Of a DNA stretch of 64,000 nucleotides, positions 38,640-48,018 are shown piece by piece (position 1 is the first letter of the stretch; each line of letters begins with the position of its first letter). Made by a program: the position numbers and the translations under genes. Source of the stretch: Candidatus Poribacteria bacterium (GTDB lineage: Bacteria; Poribacteria; WGA-4E; WGA-3G); assembly GCA_965205015.1 (NCBI GenBank), contig OZ242029.1, positions 5,440,001-5,504,000 of the forward strand, in the 5' to 3' direction. The notes under the pieces were generated by a model. It was not told the origin of the DNA and ran no database searches. It saw only the letters and a list, made by a program, of their open reading frames with translations.

Positions 38640-39620
38640 TTAGCTTGCAGCCAGCATTGCGGCGCGGCTGACGAGGTTCTGTGTTAAGGTCACCTTATAC
38701 ACATTGTCGTTCAAGGGTTGCGCGTCCTGGACAGCATCGGCACCCGCCTGCTGGCTCACGGATTCGTCGATCATCTTACCCGTGACTGCCGCCTCTGCCT
38801 CTTTAGAACGCCACGGTGCAGGTGCAACCCCGCCGAGCACGATACTGGCGGTTTTACAAGTCTTCCCGTCCATCTCAAAAACGCCAGCAACACTTGATAA
38901 TGCGAAGTCAGGAGCCCCCTTCTCACGCGCCTTCAAATAGAAACTCTTTGTATTCGGCTTCGGTGCTGGGACACTGACCTCAACGACAATTTCATTGGGC
39001 TCCAGCACGTTTTCCCGGAACGGGTTTGCAGCCGGTAAGGTAAAGAATTCCTCAAGCGACATGCTCCTCTCGCCCTCAGGTCCAACGATCTTGATCGAGG
39101 CACCCAAAGCAATCAATGCGGGTGCGAGGTCCGAAGGATGCACAATGTAGACTGGATCGCCACCAAGGATCGCATGATATTTGCTCAAACCATCAACCGC
39201 ATAACAGATGTCTCCACCCTTTTTCAGGCAATCGGTGGATTCATCCCGGTAGTACCAACACCGCGGCCGCTGGCAGAGATTCCCGCCGAGTGTCCCGACG
39301 TTCCGAATCTGTGGCGTTGCGACAGACCCGGCAGCTTGCGACAAAACAGTGTAGTGATGCTGGATAGTCGGATGCATAGCGATGTCAGCAACAGTGGCTA
39401 ACGCACCGATTTTTAAGCCGGATGCATCCGCTTCAATGCTATCCATTCCGGGTAACGTTTTGAGATTAACGAGCGTCTTGGGGGTCTCAATGTACTCTTT
39501 GAGTTCGGCGAGCAGATCCGTTCCGCCGGCGATAAGCATGACTTCGCCCCAACCGCTTTCACTCAGGAGTGACGTGACCTGCTCCAGACTGGTAGCGTTA
39601 ACGTAACTAAACTTCTCCAT
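38640..39620 (-). CDS. Xanthine dehydrogenase-family FAD subunit (PaoB/YagS-like, with Cys-rich insert)
   Basis: IAGGTDL, QIRNVGTLGGNLCQRPRCWYYR...C..KGG..C, HPSD. Confidence 0.92.
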   Translation of the reverse strand: MEKFSYVNATSLEQVTSLLSESGWGEVMLIAGGTDLLAELKEYIETPKTLVNLKTLPGMDSIEADASGLKIGALATVADIAMHPTIQHHYTVLSQAAGSVATPQIRNVGTLGGNLCQRPRCWYYRDESTDCLKKGGDICYAVDGLSKYHAILGGDPVYIVHPSDLAPALIALGASIKIVGPEGERSMSLEEFFTLPAANPFRENVLEPNEIVVEVSVPAPKPNTKSFYLKAREKGAPDFALSSVAGVFEMDGKTCKTASIVLGGVAPAPWRSKEAEAAVTGKMIDESVSQQAGADAVQDAQPLNDNVYKVTLTQNLVSRAAMLAAS

Positions 39621-39631
39621 TGCTTACCTCC

Positions 39632-41749
39632 TTATGCCTCCTCGGCGAGTGCGTCAAGGATCTTATCGGGTGTTATCGGTAACGACCGAATGCGAACGCC
39701 AATCGCATTGTAAACGGCATTCGCGATCGCTCCGGGTGTCGGAATACACGGCGGTTCCCCAACACCAGTAACTTTGCGGTGCGTATCGAAAACGATAGAT
39801 TTCATCTCAGGGATCTCGAAAGTTCCAGGCACCTTGTAGTCCTCGAGGTTGGCGTTGACCATCCGACCCGTTTGCGGATCCATGAACCGCTCTTCGAGGA
39901 GTGCTTGACCCAACCCCATGATAACACCGCCATTAATCTGGCTTTCCGTCGTCAATCTGTTAATTGCCAATCCGCAATCCTGAACGGCGACAATTTTGAT
40001 GACCCTGATAGCCCCCGTCTGCGTATCAATTTCGACTTCAGCGAACTGGGTACCTGCGGCACCGTTTTGGCGGAGGTCCTCATCCCAAGTACCACCTTCG
40101 CTAATGCTCTCCATGCCGAGTTGTCCGGTTGCCTGTTTCCACGTAATTGTTTTGGTTCTGTCAGAAACAACATAGATAGTGCCGGTACCGACACGCAGGT
40201 CTCCGACAGGTGCCTCAAGCAGAGGCGCGATGCGTTCAAACAATTTCTGTTTCGCTGCCGCTGCTGCGGTTTTGATAACAGGTGCCACCGACGGTGTTGT
40301 TTGACTCCCACCACTGCCGCCAGAGGGTAATCCGGGCTGGCTATCACCAACCTTTACACGGATATCGGTCGTATTCAGACCGAATTCTTCGGCAACAATC
40401 ATCGCAATAACTGTGCGGACCCCGGTTCCAATGTCTTGTGTACCTGTGACGGCTTCAACAGTGCCGTCTGCATTGATAGTGACACGCGCTTCTGTGCCGC
40501 GTCCGCCACCGCCACCCCATTGCCCGCTACCAACGCCCATGCCGCGCTTTTTCACGCCTGTGCCGGCGCCTGGTACGGTGTTACGACGGTGCCAGCCGAT
40601 CTCTTGGGCACCGAGGGTGTATTGTGCCTGACGCACCTCATTTGGATCGTTGATACGACGGAACTCCACTGGATCCATACCGAGTTTTTCGGCAAGTTCA
40701 TCCATCAGAGAGTCCATTGCGAACGCGCCCTGCGGGTGTCCAGGCGCACGCATGGCACGTTGATTGCCAGCGTTGACAGCCACGTTAACCCGTTCCGCCC
40801 GACTGTTTGGTACGTGGTAGACGTAAGGTCCCGTGAAACCTGCGCCACTGGAGATGCCGCCTGTACCGTAGCCCTTCATATCGTAAGCGATAAGCCGTCC
40901 GTCGCTTGTCGCACCGGCGCGAACTTTCTGTGTCATTGAGGGTCTATTACCAGCAACAAGATGCTCCGCCTTCCGAGTCAGCATTAACTTCACGGCTTTT
41001 CCAGTAATACGTGCCAACTCAACCGCCGTGCGTCCTTCTATACCGGGTCCGAATTTGCTCCCAAATCCGCCACCCATGTGCTCCGTAATGACCCGAACCT
41101 GGTTTGCTGGCAATTCAAAGTGCTGCGCGAAATCGTTACGCACCCCAAAAACACCTTGGGTAGACGCCCAAACGGTAAGATTCTCTTCATCCTCCCATTT
41201 TGCGACGTGTCCATGTGTTTCCAAGCAAACATGCGTCTGAACAGGCGCGTGATAAGTCGCTTCAACCTCAATAGCCGCTTCAGCAAATCCGGCATTGATG
41301 TCGCCGTCTTCCCTGACATTCGGTTCACTCTGATTGCCCGCCCAATCCTCTCGGATTTGCGGCGCGCCTTCTGCCATTGCGTCATCTTCTGTGACGACGT
41401 GCGGCAATTCCTCCAAGTCGACATGAATGCGCCGAATCGCGTCCTTAGCAATGTCATCTGTTTCAGCGGCAACAGCAGCAATTTCTTGCCCTTGGTACCG
41501 GAGTTTATTCCCAACCTCAATGAGCGGGATAACAGCCTTGACCCCGGGTAACGCCTCTGCCTCGCTCAGGTCAATACCCATAACGGTAGCGTGTGCGGTC
41601 TCAGAACGTAAGATACGTCCGTAAAGCATCCCCGGTTCATTGATGTCAAAAGTATACTTCGCTTTTCCAGTGACTTTATCCTTACCGGACAAACGGGTAA
41701 CCCGTTTTCCGATGAGGCGAGATTCACTTGCTTCTCCCCATGATGCCAT
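39632..41749 (-). CDS. Xanthine dehydrogenase-family molybdopterin subunit (PaoC/YagR-like)
   Basis: KVTGKAKY, GGGFGSK, MRAPG, QDIGTG, SQINGG, GVGEP. Confidence 0.93.
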   Translation of the reverse strand: MASWGEASESRLIGKRVTRLSGKDKVTGKAKYTFDINEPGMLYGRILRSETAHATVMGIDLSEAEALPGVKAVIPLIEVGNKLRYQGQEIAAVAAETDDIAKDAIRRIHVDLEELPHVVTEDDAMAEGAPQIREDWAGNQSEPNVREDGDINAGFAEAAIEVEATYHAPVQTHVCLETHGHVAKWEDEENLTVWASTQGVFGVRNDFAQHFELPANQVRVITEHMGGGFGSKFGPGIEGRTAVELARITGKAVKLMLTRKAEHLVAGNRPSMTQKVRAGATSDGRLIAYDMKGYGTGGISSGAGFTGPYVYHVPNSRAERVNVAVNAGNQRAMRAPGHPQGAFAMDSLMDELAEKLGMDPVEFRRINDPNEVRQAQYTLGAQEIGWHRRNTVPGAGTGVKKRGMGVGSGQWGGGGGRGTEARVTINADGTVEAVTGTQDIGTGVRTVIAMIVAEEFGLNTTDIRVKVGDSQPGLPSGGSGGSQTTPSVAPVIKTAAAAAKQKLFERIAPLLEAPVGDLRVGTGTIYVVSDRTKTITWKQATGQLGMESISEGGTWDEDLRQNGAAGTQFAEVEIDTQTGAIRVIKIVAVQDCGLAINRLTTESQINGGVIMGLGQALLEERFMDPQTGRMVNANLEDYKVPGTFEIPEMKSIVFDTHRKVTGVGEPPCIPTPGAIANAVYNAIGVRIRSLPITPDKILDALAEEA

Positions 41750-41826
41750 GTGTTTTCCTCCTATAGCCAACTGCCCCATTGGCGTGGTAGGCGCTTGCGT
41801 CTCGCAAGTCAATCCTTGCTTTCAAA

Positions 41827-42462
41827 TCACACCTTCCGTGATGCAGTTTTAACGGCATCAAAGATGAATGGATAGGTTCCACAGCGACACGTGTTGCCAG
41901 ACAAGCCGATTTTAATTTCTTCAAGGGTCGGACTTGGGTTCTCGTTCAACAGTGCTGCGGACGAGACGATAAAACCGGGTGTGCAGAATCCACACATCAT
42001 CGCGTCGTGTTGGATGAATGCTTCCTGAACAGGGTGCAAATCGTCGCCGTCTGCCAATCCCTCGACGGTTGTTATCTGCTTACCTTGGGCATCTATTGCG
42101 AGCATCATGCAAGCGTAGATCGACTTCCCATCTACCATGACGGTACAGCCGCCACATTCACCCCGATCGCAAATCAGTTTGGCACCAGTTAAGTCGACAT
42201 TGTCTCCGCTGGTATCAATGCCATCACGCAAAACGGTCAGAAGCGTTGTTCGCGCTTCAACCTCGACCTGATACGATTTCCCGTTGATATTCAGTTCGAT
42301 TGTCGCAGTCTCGATAGCGTCGCCCGCTTGGGCATCGGCGGCTTTTTCACTACCGATCAAGACGCTGGGTGCAACAGTTGCGGCAACGGTACCTGTACCT
42401 ACACCTTTCAAGAAGTTCCGGCGTGAGATGTTCGTCCCCTGCTTTTTGTCTTTATCAGGCAT
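41827..42462 (-). CDS. 2x[2Fe-2S] subunit with Tat signal (PaoA/YagT-like)
   Basis: SRRNFLKG twin-arginine motif; CDRGECGGC, CGFC, CRC. Confidence 0.93.
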   Translation of the reverse strand: MPDKDKKQGTNISRRNFLKGVGTGTVAATVAPSVLIGSEKAADAQAGDAIETATIELNINGKSYQVEVEARTTLLTVLRDGIDTSGDNVDLTGAKLICDRGECGGCTVMVDGKSIYACMMLAIDAQGKQITTVEGLADGDDLHPVQEAFIQHDAMMCGFCTPGFIVSSAALLNENPSPTLEEIKIGLSGNTCRCGTYPFIFDAVKTASRKV

Positions 42463-42748
42463 GCGGTACCTCCTTCAATTGTGAGTTCGGATTAACGTTA
42501 TGTTCATCGCGTTGATTGAAAAATTCGTTATCTCTCAATTCGTTCCAATATAGCATATCTGACATTTTTTATCAAGAAAAAAAAACGAATCGGGCATAAT
42601 TAGGTTTCAGTGCGTAGACATGAAAAATTGATTGGCAATTTTTGTCAGGATAGAGTATCATATTAATGCACTTATAAGAGCGATGGCGCAAACACAATAT
42701 TATCAGGTAGCATTTCACCTATCAGATTCTAAAGAAAAAGGAGCTAAC

Positions 42749-43075
42749 ATGGCTGGAAACACATTTGAAATCAGCGACGATACGTTTGAAGGAATGGTGC
42801 TTACTTCAGATACACCCGTTGTTGTCGACTTTTGGGCAGAATGGTGCGGTCCTTGCAAAATGATTGCACCCATCTTAGAGGAACTCGCTGGTGAGAACTC
42901 AGAGACCTTTAAAGTTGGAAAAGTAAACGTCGATGACAACCGTCAGACAGCGATGCAGTACGGTGTTCGGAGTATCCCAACGCTTCTCGTTTTCAAAGAC
43001 GGCAAAGTTGCGGGGCAGATTGTCGGCGCGATGCCCAAAGATGCACTCAAGAAGAAAATCTTAGACACCCTATAA
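42749..43075 (+). CDS. trxA: Thioredoxin
   Basis: DFWAEWCGPCK; AAGGAG RBS. Confidence 0.95.
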   Translation: MAGNTFEISDDTFEGMVLTSDTPVVVDFWAEWCGPCKMIAPILEELAGENSETFKVGKVNVDDNRQTAMQYGVRSIPTLLVFKDGKVAGQIVGAMPKDALKKKILDTL

Positions 43076-43122
43076 GCCGTCCGGTTCATAATCACCCCTC
43101 TGGCGAATGGAAGCTTTGCAAA

Positions 43123-43229
43123 TTATGGTGGATCTTAGAATTAAATGGACATTATGGACCTGTGTATTGGCGGGCAGGTGCAAGACCTGCCCCTACAAGG
43201 TGTCTATTTATTTTTCAAATTTACTATAG
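43123..43229. mobile_element. MITE-like element family 1, copy D
   Basis: TTATGGTGGATCTTAGAATTAAATGGACA...TGTCTATTTATTTTTCAAATTTACTATA; internal GGGCAGGTGCAAGACCTGCCCCTAC hairpin. Confidence 0.7.
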
Positions 43230-43284
43230 ATTCGCACTTCCATTCTCCCACCGTCTCTACCCTGCCATCCCTCTAAGGTTCATT

Positions 43285-44601
43285 ATGTTTTGGCAACTTG
43301 TCTATAACCTGTTCGCTGTCCCCATTATGTTTGTCGGTTTTTACAGTGCCGGGTGCTGCAATCCGAAGATTCAGGAAGGGATTAAGGGACGAAAACGCGT
43401 GTTTGCGGAACTCGCAGACCAACTCCAGACGGCTCGACCTCTGAAGAAAACAACATGGTTTCACTTTACCTCTGTCGGCGAATTTGAACAAGCAAAACCC
43501 CTTATCGAAGCGATTCATGCAGAGACCCGAATTGTTTTAACCTTTTTCTCCCCGTCCGTTGCCCCTAATGCCCGATCTTATGCCTACGCCGATGCCGCTG
43601 TTTACCTGCCATTGGATACACGGGGCAATGCGGAACGTTTGATACGTCTCATCGGACCTACGTTGATCGTCTTTTCCAAATTCGACATTTGGCCCAACCT
43701 CGTCTGGAAAGCCTCTAAACACGGCATTCCCATTATTGTTGTCGCTGGCACGCTACACGCTGCATCGAAACGGTTGTCTCGTTTCGCGAAGCCGTTTTTC
43801 CGGAGTGTGCATCGGTACATCCGAGTGCACTGTGCGATTTCGGAAGGGGATGCGGCGCGCTTTCAAGACCTCTGTTCACCCACACATGAAATTGTTGTCA
43901 CCGGCGATACCCGCTATGAGCAGGTCTACCGACGGGCAACAACAATTGAACCCGATGTCGAATTTTTCCCCGGACAAGCAACTTTAGGGCACGGCTTGCC
44001 AGTCCATATTGCAACGAAACGTCCAATTCTTATCGCTGGTAGCACCTATACAGAAGATGAGAAGGTGTTGTTACCGGCTTATCAGCTGCTGCGCCAAAAC
44101 GGACCTGATAATTTCCCACACTTAATTCTGGTACCCCACGAACCGACCCCTGAACGGATAAAGGAAATTCGTGAACATCTGGATCGAGAGAAATTGATAT
44201 ACCACTGCTTCTCTGAACTTAAATCTGAGACAGATTTATCGGCTGTGGATATTCTCATCGTCGATAAGGTAGGGCTGCTTGCGAAGTTATATGGGTTGGC
44301 AGATATAGCGTTTGTTGGTGGGAGTTTTCGCGGGAGCGTTCACAACGTAATGGAACCCGCTGCGATGGCGAAGCCTGTCCTATTCGGGCCGACCATCCAA
44401 AACGCGTATGAAGCGTCTTTGCTTGTGGAGCGAGGTGGCGCAAAATTGGTTCATACCGCGCAACAGTTGGCAGATACCCTTACCGTGTGGCTGAACGATA
44501 CAGACGCAAGTGTTACAGCGGGACATATCGGGCAGGAATTGATTACGGAGAATCTGGGCGCGGTGGATCGGACGTTGACGCATTTGCGGAGGTATGTGTA
44601 A
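43285..44601 (+). CDS. waaA: 3-deoxy-D-manno-octulosonic acid (Kdo) transferase
   Basis: WFHFTSVGE, YLPLD, IWPN, AGST, FVGGS...HNVMEPA, FGP. Confidence 0.88.
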   Translation: MFWQLVYNLFAVPIMFVGFYSAGCCNPKIQEGIKGRKRVFAELADQLQTARPLKKTTWFHFTSVGEFEQAKPLIEAIHAETRIVLTFFSPSVAPNARSYAYADAAVYLPLDTRGNAERLIRLIGPTLIVFSKFDIWPNLVWKASKHGIPIIVVAGTLHAASKRLSRFAKPFFRSVHRYIRVHCAISEGDAARFQDLCSPTHEIVVTGDTRYEQVYRRATTIEPDVEFFPGQATLGHGLPVHIATKRPILIAGSTYTEDEKVLLPAYQLLRQNGPDNFPHLILVPHEPTPERIKEIREHLDREKLIYHCFSELKSETDLSAVDILIVDKVGLLAKLYGLADIAFVGGSFRGSVHNVMEPAAMAKPVLFGPTIQNAYEASLLVERGGAKLVHTAQQLADTLTVWLNDTDASVTAGHIGQELITENLGAVDRTLTHLRRYV

Positions 44602-44748
44602 ATGTGCTGCGTGTAGACGTATTTTCTCTATCTTGACGCGGAGGTTCGGGAGGCGTCGCACGGATGCCAATCGCATGCGGTTTCTGTCGCAATACCTCCA
44701 AGAACTCCTGAGATGAGTACTGTACCAAAGGGCTTAAATATGGATATA

Positions 44749-45054
44749 TCAATCGCTATTTTCCATTAGAATCTGTGCGAAGTCGTCGAGCGTCTCTGCA
44801 AGGATCGCGGCGCGGTGCAATTGGGCAAGCCGATCTAAGTCCTCAATTGTCTCAAGTGTGGGTTTGAAGACAGTCGCTGCATACGGCTTTAATCGGAGTG
44901 TAAGCACTTCAAGGATGTCTTTCAGGGCGCGTTCCCTAGCACCTTGTTCAATGCCTTGTTCAATGCCTTGTTCAATGCCCTGTTCAATGCCTTGTTCAAT
45001 GCCTTGCTGTAGTGCTTCTGCTGCAAAGTTTTCAAAAATAGAAGGGCGTTCCAT
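44749..45054 (-). CDS. Stand-alone C-terminal domain of Rpn/YhgA-like family (RpnS-like)
   Basis: GGAGG RBS, MERPSIF...(QGIE)n QGARE...LE.IEDLDRL.QL.RAA. Confidence 0.65.
   Translation of the reverse strand: MERPSIFENFAAEALQQGIEQGIEQGIEQGIEQGIEQGARERALKDILEVLTLRLKPYAATVFKPTLETIEDLDRLAQLHRAAILAETLDDFAQILMENSD
44942..45007. repeat. 12-bp coding tandem repeat, about 5.5 units (GIEQ)
   Basis: (ccttgttcaatg)n. Confidence 0.95.
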
Positions 45055-45276
45055 GGTTTCCTCCGAGATAATATTCAGAAGCAAAGATGGACGAAATCCT
45101 TAGGAGATATTTCAGCGGTTTTCTTAGAGGCGGTATCAAAGTTTGCCACTTAAAGCCTTTCGTTGGTTCAGCACATTTCTTGTCAGGTGAATTATAACAT
45201 ATATAGGCAATTTATGTCCGTTTTTATTGTCCGAGACTGTGATTCAGACGCCCAAACTGTAGAGTTTTGTGGAAAG

Positions 45277-46332
45277 TTATTCCTGCACCTCGGTTCTGAC
45301 CGGTGGCTGTGTCAGATAACGAATTGTTAACATCGGACGCAGGTTTTCATCTGCTGCCTCTTTTGACGAAAAAACGATAGGTACACTGCCATCACGCAAG
45401 GCGAAAAGATAGCCGTAGTTGTAATCGGGATTCGCTACCCAAAAGCGGATGGCGTCGGTGAGGAGGTTGCTTTTAAATGTATAATGCTTTCCTGCTCCCT
45501 GAATCTCGCACGTGCCATCAATCCGATGGGCGACATCCTCAGAACCGTTGTAATCGCTTTCAGTATCGCCGTCTATGCCCGACAACATCGCTTGCGCGGG
45601 GGGTCTGTTCCACGGGAGATTCCGATGCAACGCGCTGTTATAGGTGAGCTCGTTATCTTCCGCACGCTCGGAGATACCCCTGCCCTCTCGCCATGGGAGC
45701 AACACACGGCGGAAGATGACGGTCTGTGCAGCGTCCGTATCGCATTGCTGGACATGTAGGCTTATCGAGGCTTCTAAGACTTGTGTCGGTTCCCGGATCC
45801 CTATATCTTCAAATGCATCATACAGATCAAAAGCGATGAAGAAAACAGTGCCCGTCGGATTACATTCGAGGGTCAACTCGGCACCCGAATTGTTGTTTCG
45901 CGTTTTGCGATCTTTATTGACAATCAGGCTCGTATCTTGCAAGCCGCCAGAGAACGTGACGGCGTCGCCTGTGCCAAAGGTTATCTCGTTTACAAGTGGA
46001 AGCGTTATTACGATTCCGGTTTGTGAACTGGGAAGTGTGAGGCGATAGGTTTTCTCAACCGCTAACGGCGAAGTGAGGAGCAGGACGCGATCGAGTCGTG
46101 AATCAAGTAGGGCGTATTCGAGTTGGACATCGGGTGCAATTTGATAATTATTCAGGTCTTCGGCAGTCTCTGCTTGTAATTGTCCATCAAATTGGAGTTG
46201 AATTGCGGTCTGTGATAATGGTGTCGCCTTCAGGAGTTTTGGGGCATCTGCTGAATTGGCGACCAAAATGGGATAAAATAGGAGAAAGAGAAATATTGAG
46301 AATGTGTCTGCGACGCTACGATAGATTTTCAA
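45277..46332 (-). CDS. Secreted protein with Ig-like plus DNRLRE/CBM96-like domain
   Basis: Signal peptide, LQFDG...AEDLNNY Ig-like motif; QDT...N, W.E, WVANPDYNYG, FSSKE..RPMLTI; TTG start after GGAG. Confidence 0.65.
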   Translation of the reverse strand: MKIYRSVADTFSIFLFLLFYPILVANSADAPKLLKATPLSQTAIQLQFDGQLQAETAEDLNNYQIAPDVQLEYALLDSRLDRVLLLTSPLAVEKTYRLTLPSSQTGIVITLPLVNEITFGTGDAVTFSGGLQDTSLIVNKDRKTRNNNSGAELTLECNPTGTVFFIAFDLYDAFEDIGIREPTQVLEASISLHVQQCDTDAAQTVIFRRVLLPWREGRGISERAEDNELTYNSALHRNLPWNRPPAQAMLSGIDGDTESDYNGSEDVAHRIDGTCEIQGAGKHYTFKSNLLTDAIRFWVANPDYNYGYLFALRDGSVPIVFSSKEAADENLRPMLTIRYLTQPPVRTEVQE

Positions 46333-46368
46333 GATGGCTCTCCAAAATTGTTTATCGCAACCAATCAT

Positions 46369-46460
46369 ATGGGCAGGCACAAGACCTGCTCCTACAGGTT
46401 ATGGGCAGGCACAAGACCTGCTCCTACAGGTTATGGGCAGGCACAAGACCTGACCCTACA
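46369..46460. repeat. Tandem REP-like repeat, 3 x 32 bp
   Basis: Unit atgggcaggcacaagacctgctcctacaggtt. Confidence 0.9.
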
Positions 46461-46467
46461 ATCGCTT

Positions 46468-47667
46468 CTATGGGACATCTGCTGTGATAAAGACGGCATT
46501 TAGGACCTCGCGTTCTCGCTGACCTGACGGCTTGTTGATGACCGCATCGCTAACGACAAAGGTGCTGGAAGAACCGCCGTCAAGATTAATCGCTTCGGTT
46601 GCGCCGAGGTCATTGAGAATACTGGCGAGTTCGTAGAGGGTTAATCCGGTGCTATACTTCGGTTGCCGCCCGTCTGCGACGACTAAAAAGAGTGTGTCCG
46701 CATTGTAGCCAAGCGCAGTGCGCGGTTCATGGCTCAGACTCAACACCGATGCGCGTTTACCGGGGGTGTGCCGCTTCTCAGCGTGATGCATCTCCACAAG
46801 CGTCTCATTTATCTTACCATCCTTAAGGAGTCGGAGCCGTCCGCCAATAGCATGTTGAACCCGATTCCATTCAGGCGGTGAGAGGGTAAGCGTAAGGGTA
46901 CCACTTGCCCCCACATCGAACTCAGAAACGCTTGGGTCTTTTAACCGTGTGCTCATCCAGAGGACTGCTCCATCTCTGGGAATTGGACTGTTCCCATCGC
47001 GTGAGATTCCCTTCACACGGTAAGGGTGCGCGTAATTTGGGGTCAAAGGGAGCGGGAGTCCGCCGATTATCACCTCACTGCCTCGGCGGCGGTTGGTATG
47101 GGTTGATTCACCGAGTCGTGGCGTGTAAAGCGTTACCTGACATCCATCAAGCCGTCGTTGATTAATGCATCCCAAGGGTAGTGTGTGCTCGCCTATTTGC
47201 AGGTTTGCTTTCATTTCTACGGGAGTGCTCAGGAATTCACCGGATTCGGTTACGCCGAAGCACGCCTCGGTATCTGTCGGTTGGGTGATGAGTTCACCGT
47301 CTTGGACATGCAGACTCTCTAATACACCGCCGTAACCGCGCATATCCCCAAGAACGCCGAACCCACCGTTGACTGCGACAAGGACGCGACGATCGCCACG
47401 TTGGGTGCGTCGATTCGCCATCGAACGCACGGTTTCCTTACCGAGTACTTGCGCATTCGCGAGTGCTACCTCAAAGTGTAGTGTCGGCTCATGTCGGGAC
47501 ATTTCAGCGACATAAAGGACGCACGTTTCGACATCCCAATCGTAACGGTAGAGATGGAGTCCCCGTGCTAAATCTGGAAACAGTGTTTTTTTCTCGCCAC
47601 CGGCTTGTGCGGTAGCGACTGTCACCATCAGGAATAGTAAACAGATGATAGCAGGGAATTTACGCAT
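46468..47667 (-). CDS. Phosphodiester glycosidase (NAGPA/DUF2233) family protein
   Basis: AVNGGF, EPRTALG, VADGRQ, AINLDGGSSS. Confidence 0.9.
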   Translation of the reverse strand: MRKFPAIICLLFLMVTVATAQAGGEKKTLFPDLARGLHLYRYDWDVETCVLYVAEMSRHEPTLHFEVALANAQVLGKETVRSMANRRTQRGDRRVLVAVNGGFGVLGDMRGYGGVLESLHVQDGELITQPTDTEACFGVTESGEFLSTPVEMKANLQIGEHTLPLGCINQRRLDGCQVTLYTPRLGESTHTNRRRGSEVIIGGLPLPLTPNYAHPYRVKGISRDGNSPIPRDGAVLWMSTRLKDPSVSEFDVGASGTLTLTLSPPEWNRVQHAIGGRLRLLKDGKINETLVEMHHAEKRHTPGKRASVLSLSHEPRTALGYNADTLFLVVADGRQPKYSTGLTLYELASILNDLGATEAINLDGGSSSTFVVSDAVINKPSGQREREVLNAVFITADVP

Positions 47668-48016
47668 TACGGAAAATCTCAACAGCAAAATAATCAATGG
47701 GTTGCTCTATAGGGGGGTGCAGCTTCTTGACGATGAGATGGATCTCATCTACAGCGAATTGTTCTAAAATCACTGTAGCGATCCTCTCAGCGAGTGCCTC
47801 AATGAGTTGGAACGACTGCTGCGTGCCGATCTCAATGATACGCGTGACGACTTCAGAATAATCGATGGTGTCGGCGAGTGCGTCTGTCCTGCCGGGGTTC
47901 GCAAGCGTACACCCCAAGGTTGCATCAATTTCATAATGGCCACCGACGTGGCGCTCCGCTGCAGGAACGCCGTGGTGACCATGAAATCGAATCCCTTTGA
48001 GAATAATCTTATCCAT
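47660..48016 (-). CDS. folB: Dihydroneopterin aldolase
   Basis: FHGHHGV..AER, DTIDYS, LIEALAE, KLHPP. Confidence 0.93.
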   Translation of the reverse strand: MDKIILKGIRFHGHHGVPAAERHVGGHYEIDATLGCTLANPGRTDALADTIDYSEVVTRIIEIGTQQSFQLIEALAERIATVILEQFAVDEIHLIVKKLHPPIEQPIDYFAVEIFRNA

Positions 48017-48018
48017 GA

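Noticed and set aside
44543-44752. QYSSQEF resembling an IS3 integrase motif
   Set aside because: No surrounding DDE motif context; overlaps waaA antisense; probably chance.
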